The notes under the pieces were generated by a model. It was not told the origin of the DNA and made no database searches. It saw nothing but the letters and a program-made list of their open reading frames with translations. From an uncultured Clostridiaceae bacterium (GTDB lineage: Bacteria > Bacillota > Clostridia > TANB77 > CAG-465), in the NCBI GenBank assembly GCA_947381905.1, contig CANCXL010000006.1, positions 448 to 64,447 on the forward strand: a DNA stretch of 64,000 nt, in the 5' to 3' direction. The translations under genes and the position numbers were made by a program. Positions 48,958 to 60,694 of the stretch are shown in pieces (the first letter of the stretch is position 1; the number at the start of each line of letters is the position of its first letter).

Positions 48958-50028
48958 ATGTATTTAGAAAGTTTAAAATTAGAAAATTTTAGGAATTATA
49001 AAGAACAAGAGATTAATTTAATTAATGGAATAAATCTCTTTTTGGGAAATAATGCTCAAGGTAAAACTAATATAATTGAAGCAATATATATTTGTGCTTT
49101 TGGAAAATCATATCGAACTATAAAAGACACAGAACTTATAAATTTTGAAAGTGATTATTGCAATATTAATTGTAAATATATAAAATCAGCACAAGGAACA
49201 TGTTCATTTTATATAGATAATATGAATAGAAAGCAATTAAAAAATAATGATATAAAAATAAAAAAGATAGCAGATTATGTTGGTGAAATCCCTATAGTTA
49301 TATTTTCACCAGAAAGTCTAGACGTTGTTAAAGGTTCTCCTGCAAGAAGAAGAAACTTTATAGATATGATATGTTGTCAATTATCTAAATCTTATATTAT
49401 TTATCATCAAGAATATATGAAATGCTTAAAACTAAAAAATAGTATTTTAAAGCAAGATTATATTGATGATAATTATATAGAAGTTCTTCATGAAAAGATG
49501 GCAAAATATATTAAATTTATTGTTGATCTTCGAGAAAAGATTATAAATAAACTAGATTATTACTCAAAGGATATACAAAAAAGTATAACAGATGGGGCAG
49601 AAGAGATAAAGCTTGAGTATGTTACAGATTTTATAAATAAATCTGAAGAAGAAATAAAAAAATATTTAGATGAACATCTATATGTAGATAAATTAAGAAA
49701 ATCAACAATAAAAGGTATTCAAAGAGATGATTTAGGTATATATATAAACGAAAAAGAGGTAGCAGTTTATGGCTCTCAAGGTCAAAAAAGAACAGCTCTT
49801 TTAACATTAAAACTTGCAAACTTTGAGTTATTAAAAGAAGAAAAAGATGAAATACCAATCTTACTTCTTGATGATATAATGTCAGAACTTGATAGTAAGA
49901 GAATAAATTATATGCTAAAATATATTGAAAATTACCAAAGCATTATAACTACAACAGAAGATACTTTTGCAAGAAATATAGATAATATAAAAATTTTTAA
50001 AGTTTCAAATGGAACACTTGAAAATTAA
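48958..50028 (+). CDS. recF: DNA replication and repair protein RecF
   Basis: LENFRNY, Walker A GNNAQGKTN, SQGQKRT signature, LLLDD Walker B. Confidence 0.95.
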   Translation: MYLESLKLENFRNYKEQEINLINGINLFLGNNAQGKTNIIEAIYICAFGKSYRTIKDTELINFESDYCNINCKYIKSAQGTCSFYIDNMNRKQLKNNDIKIKKIADYVGEIPIVIFSPESLDVVKGSPARRRNFIDMICCQLSKSYIIYHQEYMKCLKLKNSILKQDYIDDNYIEVLHEKMAKYIKFIVDLREKIINKLDYYSKDIQKSITDGAEEIKLEYVTDFINKSEEEIKKYLDEHLYVDKLRKSTIKGIQRDDLGIYINEKEVAVYGSQGQKRTALLTLKLANFELLKEEKDEIPILLLDDIMSELDSKRINYMLKYIENYQSIITTTEDTFARNIDNIKIFKVSNGTLEN

Positions 50029-50041
50029 TATAAAAGTATGA

Positions 50042-52006
<1,965 letters not shown>

Positions 52007-52015
52007 TATAATAAG

Positions 52016-52050
52016 ATGCTATTAAGTAATAATGCTTAATAGCATTTTTT
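52016..52050 (+). terminator. rho-independent terminator after gyrB
   Basis: Stem ATGCTATTAAG/CTTAATAGCAT + T6. Confidence 0.8.
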
Positions 52051-52068
52051 ATGAGGAGGTAAATATTT

Positions 52069-52521
52069 ATGGAAGAACTAGAAAATAAAATTATTCAAGA
52101 AAGTAAAGTTTTTAAAGGAGAAAATACTGATAGAAAAGAAATAGGCTATTTTATTTATAAAAAATATATTATTTCAGTGTATAGACTATATTCAATTTTT
52201 GATGATAATAATGAAGAAGGCTCTTTTGAAAATGTATATGCAGTTTATGATATTAATACAGGTAGTGTTTTTGATGAATACTCACAAGATAAAAAAGAAA
52301 TTTTTGAGGAATTACCTGGAATAGACGATGTACAATTTTCTTATAATTTTGAAAATATGGAGATTGTAGAAAAATATAAAAAACAAGTAAAAGAAGCAGT
52401 AATAAACTATTATAAAACTGGAGTTTTAGCAGATAGTTATAAAACTGGACTAAATGAAATTATAAAATATATGGATAAATCATCTATAAATTTTTATAAT
52501 TTCTTTATAGAAAATATATAG
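52069..52521 (+). CDS. hypothetical protein (150 aa) occupying the usual gyrA position
   Basis: GAGGAGG SD. No recognisable motif. Confidence 0.55.
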   Translation: MEELENKIIQESKVFKGENTDRKEIGYFIYKKYIISVYRLYSIFDDNNEEGSFENVYAVYDINTGSVFDEYSQDKKEIFEELPGIDDVQFSYNFENMEIVEKYKKQVKEAVINYYKTGVLADSYKTGLNEIIKYMDKSSINFYNFFIENI

Positions 52522-52552
52522 ATATAGAATATTTTAAGTACGAGGTATAGCA

Positions 52553-54361
52553 ATGAATGTAGCAATAACAATTATAAAAATGATAGGTGGACTTGTTTTA
52601 TTAATTTATGGAATGAATTTATTAAGTACAAACTTAAAGAAATTAGCAGGTGAAAAATTTGAAAGAATATTAAAGAAGGCAACAGATAATATTTTCAAAG
52701 GATTATTAACAGGAATACTAATAACTGTTGCATTGCAAAGTTCTGCTGCAACAACAGTTATGGTTGTAGGATTTGTAAATGCAGGAATTTTAAAATTAAA
52801 AAATTCTATTCCAATTATAATGGGAGCAAATATTGGTACAACAATAACTGCACAAATATTAAGGCTTGCAAGTGTTGGTGAAAATACAATTATTTCACTA
52901 ATTAGCCCATCTACTCTTGCACCAATGTTTTTACTTATAGGTCTTATATTTATGGAAATGAAGAAAAAGAAAAAGTTTAGAGATGTTGGACAACTATTAG
53001 TAGGAATTGGACTATTATTTACAGGTCTTATGACAATGGTAGACATGGCAAGTAGTTTTAGTGAATTACCAATACTTACAACTATTCTTACTAAACTATC
53101 AAATCCTATACTTGGAGTGTTAGCAGGAGCACTTATTACAGTAATTGTACAAAGTTCCGCAGCGGCTGTTGGAATATTACAAGCAATATCTACAACAGGA
53201 TTTACAACATTTTCTAGTACAATTCCAATAATACTTGGACAGAATATAGGAACATGTTTTACATCTATATTATCAAGTATTGGTGCATCTAAAAATGCAA
53301 AAAGAACAGCAGCAGTACATTTATATTTTAATTTAATAGGAACAATAATTTTCATGATATTTATATATACTTATCAATATACTATTGGATTTACATTTTG
53401 GAATGATTCAATTGATATGGGAGGAATAGCTAATTTTCATTTAGTATTTAATATAGTTTCCACTTTAATACTACTTCCATGTACTGGATTACTAGAAAAA
53501 TTAACTTTATTTACAATAAAAGATAATAAAAAGATAAATGATGACGATGATGATGTAAATGAGTATATATCAATATTAAATACTTTAGATCAAAGAATAA
53601 CAAATATTCCAAGTGTTGCAATAGGAAATAGCATGGATGTAATATATAAAATGGGAGAACTTTCAGAAAAGAATTTTAGAAAGGCAGTTAAGCTAATAGA
53701 TAATTTTAATCCTAAAAAATTAGAACATATTCAAGAAAGAGAAGATGCTATAGATAAAATGGATATAGCTGTTGCTAACTTTTTAGTAAAAGTAGATAAT
53801 TTAGATATTTCTGATCAAGAAAATCAAAATATAACTATGTTATTAAAAATAGAATCAGAATATGAGAAAATAGGAGATTATTCGTTCAAAATTGCAAAAT
53901 TAGTCGAAAATATAAAGGAAAAAGATTTAACATTTTCAAATACAGCAGATAAAAACTTAAAAGTAATGTATAATATTGTTGAAGATGCATTAATTAAAAC
54001 ATTAGATATACTAAAAAATAAAGATAAAAATTCTGTAATTGAAATAGAGGTTATAAGAGAAGTTGCAGATTCTTTTAAAGAAAAATATAGATCAAAACAT
54101 ATTGAAAGGTTAAAACAAGGTAAATGCTCTGTAGAAAATGGTATTGCATTTATAGAAATACTATCTGCATATGAAAAAATTATATCTCATTGTGTTAATA
54201 TTTCAATTGCAAGTTTAAATGTTTTTGGGGAATATATTACAAAACATGAATATTTAGATTTTATATATTTAAATGAAGAAGAATTATTGATATCAAAAAA
54301 GAACGAATATAATGAAAAATATAAAATTCTTGAATTAGATAACAAGTTAAATATTGCATAA
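52553..54361 (+). CDS. Na+/phosphate cotransporter family protein with PhoU-like C-terminal domain
   Basis: Duplicated QSSAATT / QSSAAAV motifs in the membrane domain, helical PhoU-like tail. Confidence 0.9.
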   Translation: MNVAITIIKMIGGLVLLIYGMNLLSTNLKKLAGEKFERILKKATDNIFKGLLTGILITVALQSSAATTVMVVGFVNAGILKLKNSIPIIMGANIGTTITAQILRLASVGENTIISLISPSTLAPMFLLIGLIFMEMKKKKKFRDVGQLLVGIGLLFTGLMTMVDMASSFSELPILTTILTKLSNPILGVLAGALITVIVQSSAAAVGILQAISTTGFTTFSSTIPIILGQNIGTCFTSILSSIGASKNAKRTAAVHLYFNLIGTIIFMIFIYTYQYTIGFTFWNDSIDMGGIANFHLVFNIVSTLILLPCTGLLEKLTLFTIKDNKKINDDDDDVNEYISILNTLDQRITNIPSVAIGNSMDVIYKMGELSEKNFRKAVKLIDNFNPKKLEHIQEREDAIDKMDIAVANFLVKVDNLDISDQENQNITMLLKIESEYEKIGDYSFKIAKLVENIKEKDLTFSNTADKNLKVMYNIVEDALIKTLDILKNKDKNSVIEIEVIREVADSFKEKYRSKHIERLKQGKCSVENGIAFIEILSAYEKIISHCVNISIASLNVFGEYITKHEYLDFIYLNEEELLISKKNEYNEKYKILELDNKLNIA

Positions 54362-54363
54362 AT

Positions 54364-54396
54364 AGAAGAGATACTCTTATTTAGAGTATCTCTTCT
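54364..54396. terminator. bidirectional terminator
   Basis: Perfect 14-bp stem AGAAGAGATACTCT/AGAGTATCTCTTCT. Confidence 0.8.
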
Positions 54397-54587
54397 TAAA
54401 TGTCAAATTCATTTGGGTTATTTTCATTTTTCCACTTTTTTAATTCGATTTTAGCTCCTAGCTTGGTATAACAATTATTTGTTACGCTTTGCCATCCTGT
54501 CCATTTGCTTTGCGTGATAAAACAATACCATGTAGCATATACTTGTCCATACCACCATGGACCAATTTGTTTTAATCTTGCTTTCAT
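54396..54587 (-). CDS. hypothetical small Trp-rich protein (63 aa)
   Basis: GGAAAGGA SD. 7 Trp in 63 residues. Candidate TTGTCA-17-TATACT promoter upstream. Confidence 0.45.
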   Translation of the reverse strand: MKARLKQIGPWWYGQVYATWYCFITQSKWTGWQSVTNNCYTKLGAKIELKKWKNENNPNEFDI

Positions 54588-54696
54588 ATTAATCAGTCCT
54601 TTCCAAAAATTTTTGTGAAAATAAATATTTTTAGTTGTTTTAGTATAACATATTTTGTTTGATATGACAATATACTATAATTTGTAAACATAATAC

Positions 54697-54724
54697 TTGA
54701 CAAATAATTTAATTATGGTATAAT
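54697..54724 (+). promoter_or_regulatory. sigma-A promoter of the infC operon
   Basis: TTGACA (54697-54702), 16 nt, TGGTATAAT extended -10 (54716-54724). Confidence 0.75.
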
Positions 54725-54730
54725 AATACA

Positions 54731-54870
54731 CGTAAAGTAGAGGAAATCTTCTCACCTTACAAGTTACGTCTTAGTAAGGTATCAATAAATACATATATCA
54801 AATAAAGTTTATATGTTATATTTTGATTTGAGAAGATTGCCGAACAAGCAATCTTTTTTATATAATTTTT
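54731..54870 (+). promoter_or_regulatory. L20-leader-type transcription attenuator of infC-rpmI-rplT
   Basis: Terminator GAAGATTGC/GCAATCTTT + T-run (54832-60). The upstream segment AATCTTCTC (54745-53) is perfectly complementary to GAGAAGATT (54830-38), giving an antiterminator. Position matches the Firmicute L20 leader. Confidence 0.7.
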
Positions 54871-54885
54871 GTGGAGGTGTTTCTT

Positions 54886-55395
54886 ATAAAACAAGATTTT
54901 TTAGTAAATGAGGAAATTGAATTTTCTAAAGTTCAAGTTGTAGATTCAAATGGTCAAAAAATTGGATTAATGCCAAGAGATAAGGCTATTGAACTTGCAG
55001 AAGAAGAAGGATTAGATTTAGTATTAGTATCACCTAATCCATCAAACCCTGTTTGTAAAATATTAGATTATAGCAAATATAAATTCGAAATGAATAAAAA
55101 AGCAAAAGAATCTAAGAAAAAACAAAAGGTAGTTGAAATAAAGGAAGTCAGAATATCACCAAATATAGATAAACATGACTTAGAAGTAAAAGCGAAAAAT
55201 GCTAATAAATTCATTGATGCTGGAAATAAAGTAAAAGTTACAATGAGATTTAGAGGTAGAGAATTAAACTTTGTTGAACAAGGAAAAGAAATCATGACTA
55301 GTTTTAGGGATATGATTGTTGATGCACAAGTAGACAAAGAACCTAAAATGGAAGGTAAAAATCTAATTATGTTTTTAGTACCAAAACAAAAATAA
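54886..55395 (+). CDS. infC: translation initiation factor IF-3 (probable non-canonical ATA start)
   Basis: INEEI...VQVVDSNGQKIGLM...DLVLVSPN...PVCKILDYSKYKFE pattern. GGAGGTG SD at 54873-54879 leaves ATA at 54886 as the first suitably spaced codon. Confidence 0.9.
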   Translation: MKQDFLVNEEIEFSKVQVVDSNGQKIGLMPRDKAIELAEEEGLDLVLVSPNPSNPVCKILDYSKYKFEMNKKAKESKKKQKVVEIKEVRISPNIDKHDLEVKAKNANKFIDAGNKVKVTMRFRGRELNFVEQGKEIMTSFRDMIVDAQVDKEPKMEGKNLIMFLVPKQK

Positions 55396-55424
55396 ATTAG
55401 TGTTTGAGGGAGGAGAGAGTTATT

Positions 55425-55622
55425 ATGCCAAAAATGAAAACACACAGTTCATCTAAAAAAAGATTATCAGTAACAGGTACTGGTAAAATTAAGAAAAATG
55501 TTGCAAATCGTGCACATAAATTAACAGGTAAATCTTCAAAAAGAAAAATGGCTTTAAGACAATCAGCATATGTTGATAGTGCAAACGCTAAAGCAGTTAA
55601 GAAGTTATTACCATATCAATAA
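55425..55622 (+). CDS. rpmI: 50S ribosomal protein L35
   Basis: MPKMKTHSSSKKR... after a GGGAGGAGAG SD. Confidence 0.95.
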   Translation: MPKMKTHSSSKKRLSVTGTGKIKKNVANRAHKLTGKSSKRKMALRQSAYVDSANAKAVKKLLPYQ

Positions 55623-55654
55623 TAGGAAAGTACATTCGAAAGGAGAGAATTTAA

Positions 55655-56002
55655 ATGGCAAGAGTTAAAGGAGCTGTTACAACAAGAGCTAGACATAAAA
55701 AAGTTCTTAAAAGAGCAAAAGGATATTTTGGAGCAAAATCTATAAGATTTAGAATGGCTAATCAAGCTGTTATGAAATCTGGTAATTATGCATATGTTGG
55801 AAGAAAACAAAAGAAAAGAAATTTCAGACAACTATGGATTGCTAGAATTAATGCAGGAGCAAGAATGTGTGGAACTACATATTCTAAATTAATGAATGAT
55901 CTTAAAGCTGCAAATGTAACAATTAACAGAAAAATGTTAGCTGAAATGGCAGCTAATGATATGACTGGATTTAAAGCATTAGTAGAAAAAGTTCAAAAAT
56001 AA
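55655..56002 (+). CDS. rplT: 50S ribosomal protein L20
   Basis: [19 protein letters not shown]... conserved throughout. Confidence 0.97.
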   Translation: MARVKGAVTTRARHKKVLKRAKGYFGAKSIRFRMANQAVMKSGNYAYVGRKQKKRNFRQLWIARINAGARMCGTTYSKLMNDLKAANVTINRKMLAEMAANDMTGFKALVEKVQK

Positions 56003-56022
56003 TTAATATTTAGGAGGTAATT

Positions 56023-56577
56023 ATGTTAGCAGGAGAAATTAGAAAAGGTGTAACATTTGAATTTGAAGGAAATGTATACAGAGTTGTAGATTTTATGCAT
56101 GTAAAACCTGGAAAAGGATCTGCATTTGTTAGAACAACATTAAAAAATGTTATGACAGGTAAAAATCTAGAAAGAACTTTCAATCCAAATGAAAAACTAG
56201 AAGAAGCTCAAGTTACTGTAGAAGAAATGCAATATTTATATGCAGATGGAGATATGTATGTCTTCATGAACACAGAAACTTATGAACAAAAAGAACTAAC
56301 TAAAGAACAAATAGAAGATACATTACCATATTTACAAGATAATATGTTAGTAAAAGTATTATCATATAAAGGTACTATATTTGGAGTTGAACCTCCTACA
56401 TTTGTTGAATTAGAAGTTACTTATACAGAACCAGGAATTAAAGGTTCAACTGCTACAGGTACAACAAAGCCTGCAACTGTTGAAACAGGTGCTTCATTCC
56501 AAGTTCCAATATTTGTAGAAATTGGAGATAGAATTAGAATTGACACAAGAACTGGATCTTATATGGAAAGATGCTAA
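56023..56577 (+). CDS. efp: elongation factor P
   Basis: [16 protein letters not shown] motif, 184 aa. Confidence 0.97.
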   Translation: MLAGEIRKGVTFEFEGNVYRVVDFMHVKPGKGSAFVRTTLKNVMTGKNLERTFNPNEKLEEAQVTVEEMQYLYADGDMYVFMNTETYEQKELTKEQIEDTLPYLQDNMLVKVLSYKGTIFGVEPPTFVELEVTYTEPGIKGSTATGTTKPATVETGASFQVPIFVEIGDRIRIDTRTGSYMERC

Positions 56578-56615
56578 TAGATTAAGATAAAAAATAAGCG
56601 AAGATTTTTCTCCGC

Positions 56616-57368
56616 TTATTTTTTTATAGTTATTTCATAAGTACTATGTCCTCTATATAATCCTGTTTCTGGGTCAAAATCATCTTCTGTATCCCAACAA
56701 AAAGCTGTAAGTTTTATATCAGATGAAATGTTAGATGTTTCAACATCACCAACAAGTTTTAATGATGAACATATTGTATAATCATACATAACATCTTGTG
56801 TAATATGATAATATGGTTTTCCAGGTACAAGATTTATATCATCATATAGAAAACTCATTATTTTAGGAAAAGTCTTATATGCGTCATCTGGATTTAAAAT
56901 TTGATAATGCATATTATTACCATCACTTAAAGTAAAATCTAATGAATATCCTATTCTATAAATATCTGCATTTTCATAGTTATTTATATAATTTTTCCAC
57001 ATTGTATCAAAGTTAGAGTTTAAAATATATTCTTCTTGAGTAGGAATAGCATAAAAAAGTCCCATTACGTTTTCAGCAGACCAATTACAAGTATGTTCTT
57101 TAATTAGAACTAAATTATTACCTTGTTCTATATAAATACCAAGTTTTACAGGATTATCATCTTTATATTCTGGTTCCTTAGGTTCTTCTGGTAAAACTGG
57201 ATTTTCTTCTTTTATGTCTAAAGCAGGAGCATATTTTTTTCCCCAGGTACTAAAGAGTACTGGTAAATTATTTCTCATTCTATTTTGATCTATACAATAT
57301 AAACTAGTTAATGTGCCAAATATAATAAAAAATATAATTAACGATATTAATATTATTTTATTTTTCAT
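56616..57368 (-). CDS. hypothetical membrane-anchored protein
   Basis: ATG at 57368 follows GGAGG. N-terminal TM segment IILISLIIFFIIFGTL. Confidence 0.55.
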   Translation of the reverse strand: MKNKIILISLIIFFIIFGTLTSLYCIDQNRMRNNLPVLFSTWGKKYAPALDIKEENPVLPEEPKEPEYKDDNPVKLGIYIEQGNNLVLIKEHTCNWSAENVMGLFYAIPTQEEYILNSNFDTMWKNYINNYENADIYRIGYSLDFTLSDGNNMHYQILNPDDAYKTFPKIMSFLYDDINLVPGKPYYHITQDVMYDYTICSSLKLVGDVETSNISSDIKLTAFCWDTEDDFDPETGLYRGHSTYEITIKK

Positions 57369-57499
57369 TTTATACCTCCAATCACATTGTACCATATGAG
57401 CAAACAAATAACAAGGAACTATACATAACTTAAAGGTTTACATATATTGACATTATATGCCTTCAATGATAAAATAAAGCTTATGTTAAGGAGAAGATA

Positions 57500-58873
57500 A
57501 TGAGATATATTAATAACTATAAAGATAAAATGCAAACTTATAATAAAGAACACAAACTAAAATATTATATAGATACTATGGGATGTCAAATGAATGAAAA
57601 TGATTCACTAAAGTATGCTGGTATTTTAGAATCAATGGGATTTGAGAAAGGTACAGAAGAAGAATCTAACTTATATCTATTTAACACATGCTGTGTAAGA
57701 GAGAATGCAGAAAACACATTATTTGGCAGACTAGGTATGTTAAAGAAAAGAAAAATAAATAATGAAGAAGTATATATTGCAATTGTTGGCTGTATGACAC
57801 AACAAGAACATATATTAAATAAAATTAAAGAGTCATATAGATTTGTAGATATTGTACTAGGTACAAGTTGCATGAGCATTTTTCCGGAAAAATTATATAA
57901 TGCAATTGTATATAATAAAAAGAAACTAGAATTTATTGATGTAAGTAATTCTATGGAAGAAGAAGTTCCAATTAAATACGAAGATAAATATAAAGCTAGT
58001 GTAAGTATTATATATGGGTGTAATAACTTTTGCACATATTGTATTGTACCATATGTAAGAGGAAGAGAAAGAAGTAGAAAACCAGAGGATATTTTGGCAG
58101 ATATTAATAGACTTGCAAAAGATGGATATAAAGAAATAATGCTTCTTGGTCAAAATGTTAATTCATATGGAAATGATTTTAAAGATGAACTGAATGGATA
58201 TAATTTTCCTAAACTTCTTCAAGATATTGAAAAGATAGAAGGAATAGAAATAATAAGATTCATGTCTCCTCATCCAAAAGATTTTAAAGATGATTTAATT
58301 GAAGTTATAAAATCATCAAAAAAAATAGCACGTCAAATTCATTTACCATTACAATCAGGAAATACAAATATTTTAAAGAAAATGAATAGAAAATATACAA
58401 AAGAACAATTTTTAGATGTTGCTATGAAACTTAAAAAAATACCTGATGTGTCAATTTCGACAGACATCATAGTTGGGTTCCCTAATGAGACAGAAGAAGA
58501 ATTTTTAGATACATTAGATGTAGTATCAAAAGTAAAATTTGATCAAATATATATGTTTATATATTCACCAAGAGAAGGAACAGTTGCGGCTAAGATGGAA
58601 GATCATGTGACATATGAAGAGAAAGTAAATAGATTGGAGAGACTAAAAAAATTATATGAGGATATTTTGCCAAGTATTAACAAAGAGATGATAGGAAAAA
58701 CATATAAGGTTTTAGTTGAAGGAAAAAGCAAGAATAATGATTTATTATATACTGGTAGAAGTTCACAAAATAAAGTTGTTATATTTGAAGCAAACGACTC
58801 ACTTATTGGAAAAGTAGTGGATATTAAAATAGATAGTGAACATCTATGGTACTTAAAAGGAACAATAGTATAG
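57500..58873 (+). CDS. miaB: tRNA-2-methylthio-N6-dimethylallyladenosine synthase MiaB (radical SAM methylthiotransferase)
   Basis: N-terminal TMGCQMNENDS, radical SAM CNNFCTYC, C-terminal TRAM domain. Confidence 0.88.
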   Translation: MRYINNYKDKMQTYNKEHKLKYYIDTMGCQMNENDSLKYAGILESMGFEKGTEEESNLYLFNTCCVRENAENTLFGRLGMLKKRKINNEEVYIAIVGCMTQQEHILNKIKESYRFVDIVLGTSCMSIFPEKLYNAIVYNKKKLEFIDVSNSMEEEVPIKYEDKYKASVSIIYGCNNFCTYCIVPYVRGRERSRKPEDILADINRLAKDGYKEIMLLGQNVNSYGNDFKDELNGYNFPKLLQDIEKIEGIEIIRFMSPHPKDFKDDLIEVIKSSKKIARQIHLPLQSGNTNILKKMNRKYTKEQFLDVAMKLKKIPDVSISTDIIVGFPNETEEEFLDTLDVVSKVKFDQIYMFIYSPREGTVAAKMEDHVTYEEKVNRLERLKKLYEDILPSINKEMIGKTYKVLVEGKSKNNDLLYTGRSSQNKVVIFEANDSLIGKVVDIKIDSEHLWYLKGTIV

Positions 58874-58956
58874 ATTTTAAAAAGCTAGTATTTTTAATGC
58901 TAGCTTTTTTGTAATATTTATTTTAAAAATTAATATAATTTACTGAGGTTAAAATT

Positions 58957-59985
58957 ATGGATGATATAGTAAATTATAAGCATACAAAAGAAGAAATAGA
59001 AAATTTATTTGAAGAAGAACTAAAAAATCATTATTATAAAAGAGATAATATAGATATAGTAAGTATAGGTAATAAGTTAAATTCTACAGATATTGATTTA
59101 GATTTAAAAAGAGATAATGATGACACAAAAAATAAGAAAAGATTTAAATATAGATATAAATTTGCAATAAAATTATGCTTATCATTATGCATTTTAGGTA
59201 GTGTGGTAGGATATAAATATTTTCCTGAGGAAATAAAGAATAGTAAAGCAATTACTTTTATAAAACAAGAGTATCAAAAAATGTATAGTAAAAATGAAGT
59301 AATAGAAAATGTAGAAGAATATGCTAAAAATATTTATGAGAAAGTAGAAAAATATATACCAGAGGAGTTATATACCAATGTGGTAAATGGGTATATATAT
59401 AAAGTAAAACCCACTCTTATTAATTTTAGTGTAGATCAATTAGTTAATAATAAAACAATAGATAATGCAGTAACAGTGTTTAATGAAACAGATTTTAGTA
59501 TAGACAACACAGATATGGCCTTAGCAGAAGAAGCAATTACTACAAGTAGCGAACTTAGCCTTATGAGCATGGATGTTGAAGAAATATTATCAAAGAACAT
59601 TAATATTGCATTACCTGTTCAAGGGACAGTAACATCTATTTATGGTGCAAGAGAAGAAGTATTTAAATATGTCGGATATCATACAGGAATAGATATAGCA
59701 AATTCTTTAAATACTCCTATTAAAAGTGCAACTGATGGTGTAGTTGTTAAGGCAGAATCTATGGATAAATATTATGGAAATAATATTGAGATAGAAAAAA
59801 ATGGTGTTATTTTTAAATATGCACATTTAAATCAAATTGATGTAAAAGAAGGAGACACTATATCTCAAGGACAAATAATTGGGCTTATGGGTTCTACAGG
59901 TGCATCAACAGGCTCTCATTTGCATTTTGAAATAAAAATAAATGATAGAAGTGTAGATCCAGAATTATTAGTAAAGATTAGGTAA
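58957..59985 (+). CDS. M23 (LytM) family metallopeptidase, membrane anchored (SpoIVFA-position protein)
   Basis: HTGIDI and GSHLHFEI catalytic motifs. One TM segment. Confidence 0.85.
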   Translation: MDDIVNYKHTKEEIENLFEEELKNHYYKRDNIDIVSIGNKLNSTDIDLDLKRDNDDTKNKKRFKYRYKFAIKLCLSLCILGSVVGYKYFPEEIKNSKAITFIKQEYQKMYSKNEVIENVEEYAKNIYEKVEKYIPEELYTNVVNGYIYKVKPTLINFSVDQLVNNKTIDNAVTVFNETDFSIDNTDMALAEEAITTSSELSLMSMDVEEILSKNINIALPVQGTVTSIYGAREEVFKYVGYHTGIDIANSLNTPIKSATDGVVVKAESMDKYYGNNIEIEKNGVIFKYAHLNQIDVKEGDTISQGQIIGLMGSTGASTGSHLHFEIKINDRSVDPELLVKIR

Positions 59986-59990
59986 ATAAA

Positions 59991-60560
59991 TTGGTAATAC
60001 ATAAATGTAACATTATTTTAGAAATAGAAAATTTATTAGTCGTTATATTGATTTCTTTTTTCTTTTCTGGTAAAATTAAATTGTTTTTGACGTCGTATTT
60101 TGTATGTTATCTATTCATTTTATTTCATGAATTAGCACATATAGTAATTGCGACAATTTTTAAAAAGAAAATAAGAAAGATAAAATTATCGATTGCAGGC
60201 GTATCTGTAGCATTTAATAATGATGAATTAGAAATAGTAAAGAATATACTAATATATTTAGCTGGACCAGTATCAAATATATGTTTGGCAATTATGTTTT
60301 ATAAAATAGATTTTGTTTTTGAAATTAATATATTTTTAGCTATACTTAACTTTATGCCAGTGTATCCACTAGATGGTTATAATATAGCTAAATATATATT
60401 TAAATATAATACTTTAAAAAGAATAGAATATACATTTTTATCTTTACTTTTTTTAATCTCAATTTTAGTTTTAATTATTAAATTTAATCCATCATTATTA
60501 ATCTTTTTTATTTACATTATGTTAATAAAATACGTTACGAAAAATCGCGGAAATTATTGA
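59991..60560 (+). CDS. M50 site-2 protease family protein, short SpoIVFB-like
   Basis: HELAH and NFMPVYPLDGYN (NxxPxxxLDG) motifs in TM segments. Confidence 0.75.
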   Translation: MVIHKCNIILEIENLLVVILISFFFSGKIKLFLTSYFVCYLFILFHELAHIVIATIFKKKIRKIKLSIAGVSVAFNNDELEIVKNILIYLAGPVSNICLAIMFYKIDFVFEINIFLAILNFMPVYPLDGYNIAKYIFKYNTLKRIEYTFLSLLFLISILVLIIKFNPSLLIFFIYIMLIKYVTKNRGNY

Positions 60561-60694
60561 TTTTTGAAGAAAAAAATATGTTTAAAAAGAATTACAAAAA
60601 AGTTGCACAAATATTACAAATATTCTTCAAAAGTCTTGATTTTTTTAGCAAAAGATAGTATCATATAGGTAGCTCAAATTTGGAGGTGTAAGAT

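Noticed and set aside
52606-53355. 249-aa minus-strand ORF inside the Na/Pi cotransporter gene
   Set aside because: It is entirely antisense to a well-supported membrane-protein gene and has no SD. Its hydrophobic, low-complexity translation is the mirror image of TM segments in an AT-rich genome.
57586-58153. Minus-strand ORFs (149 aa, 75 aa) inside miaB
   Set aside because: They are antisense to a radical-SAM gene with all three diagnostic motifs.
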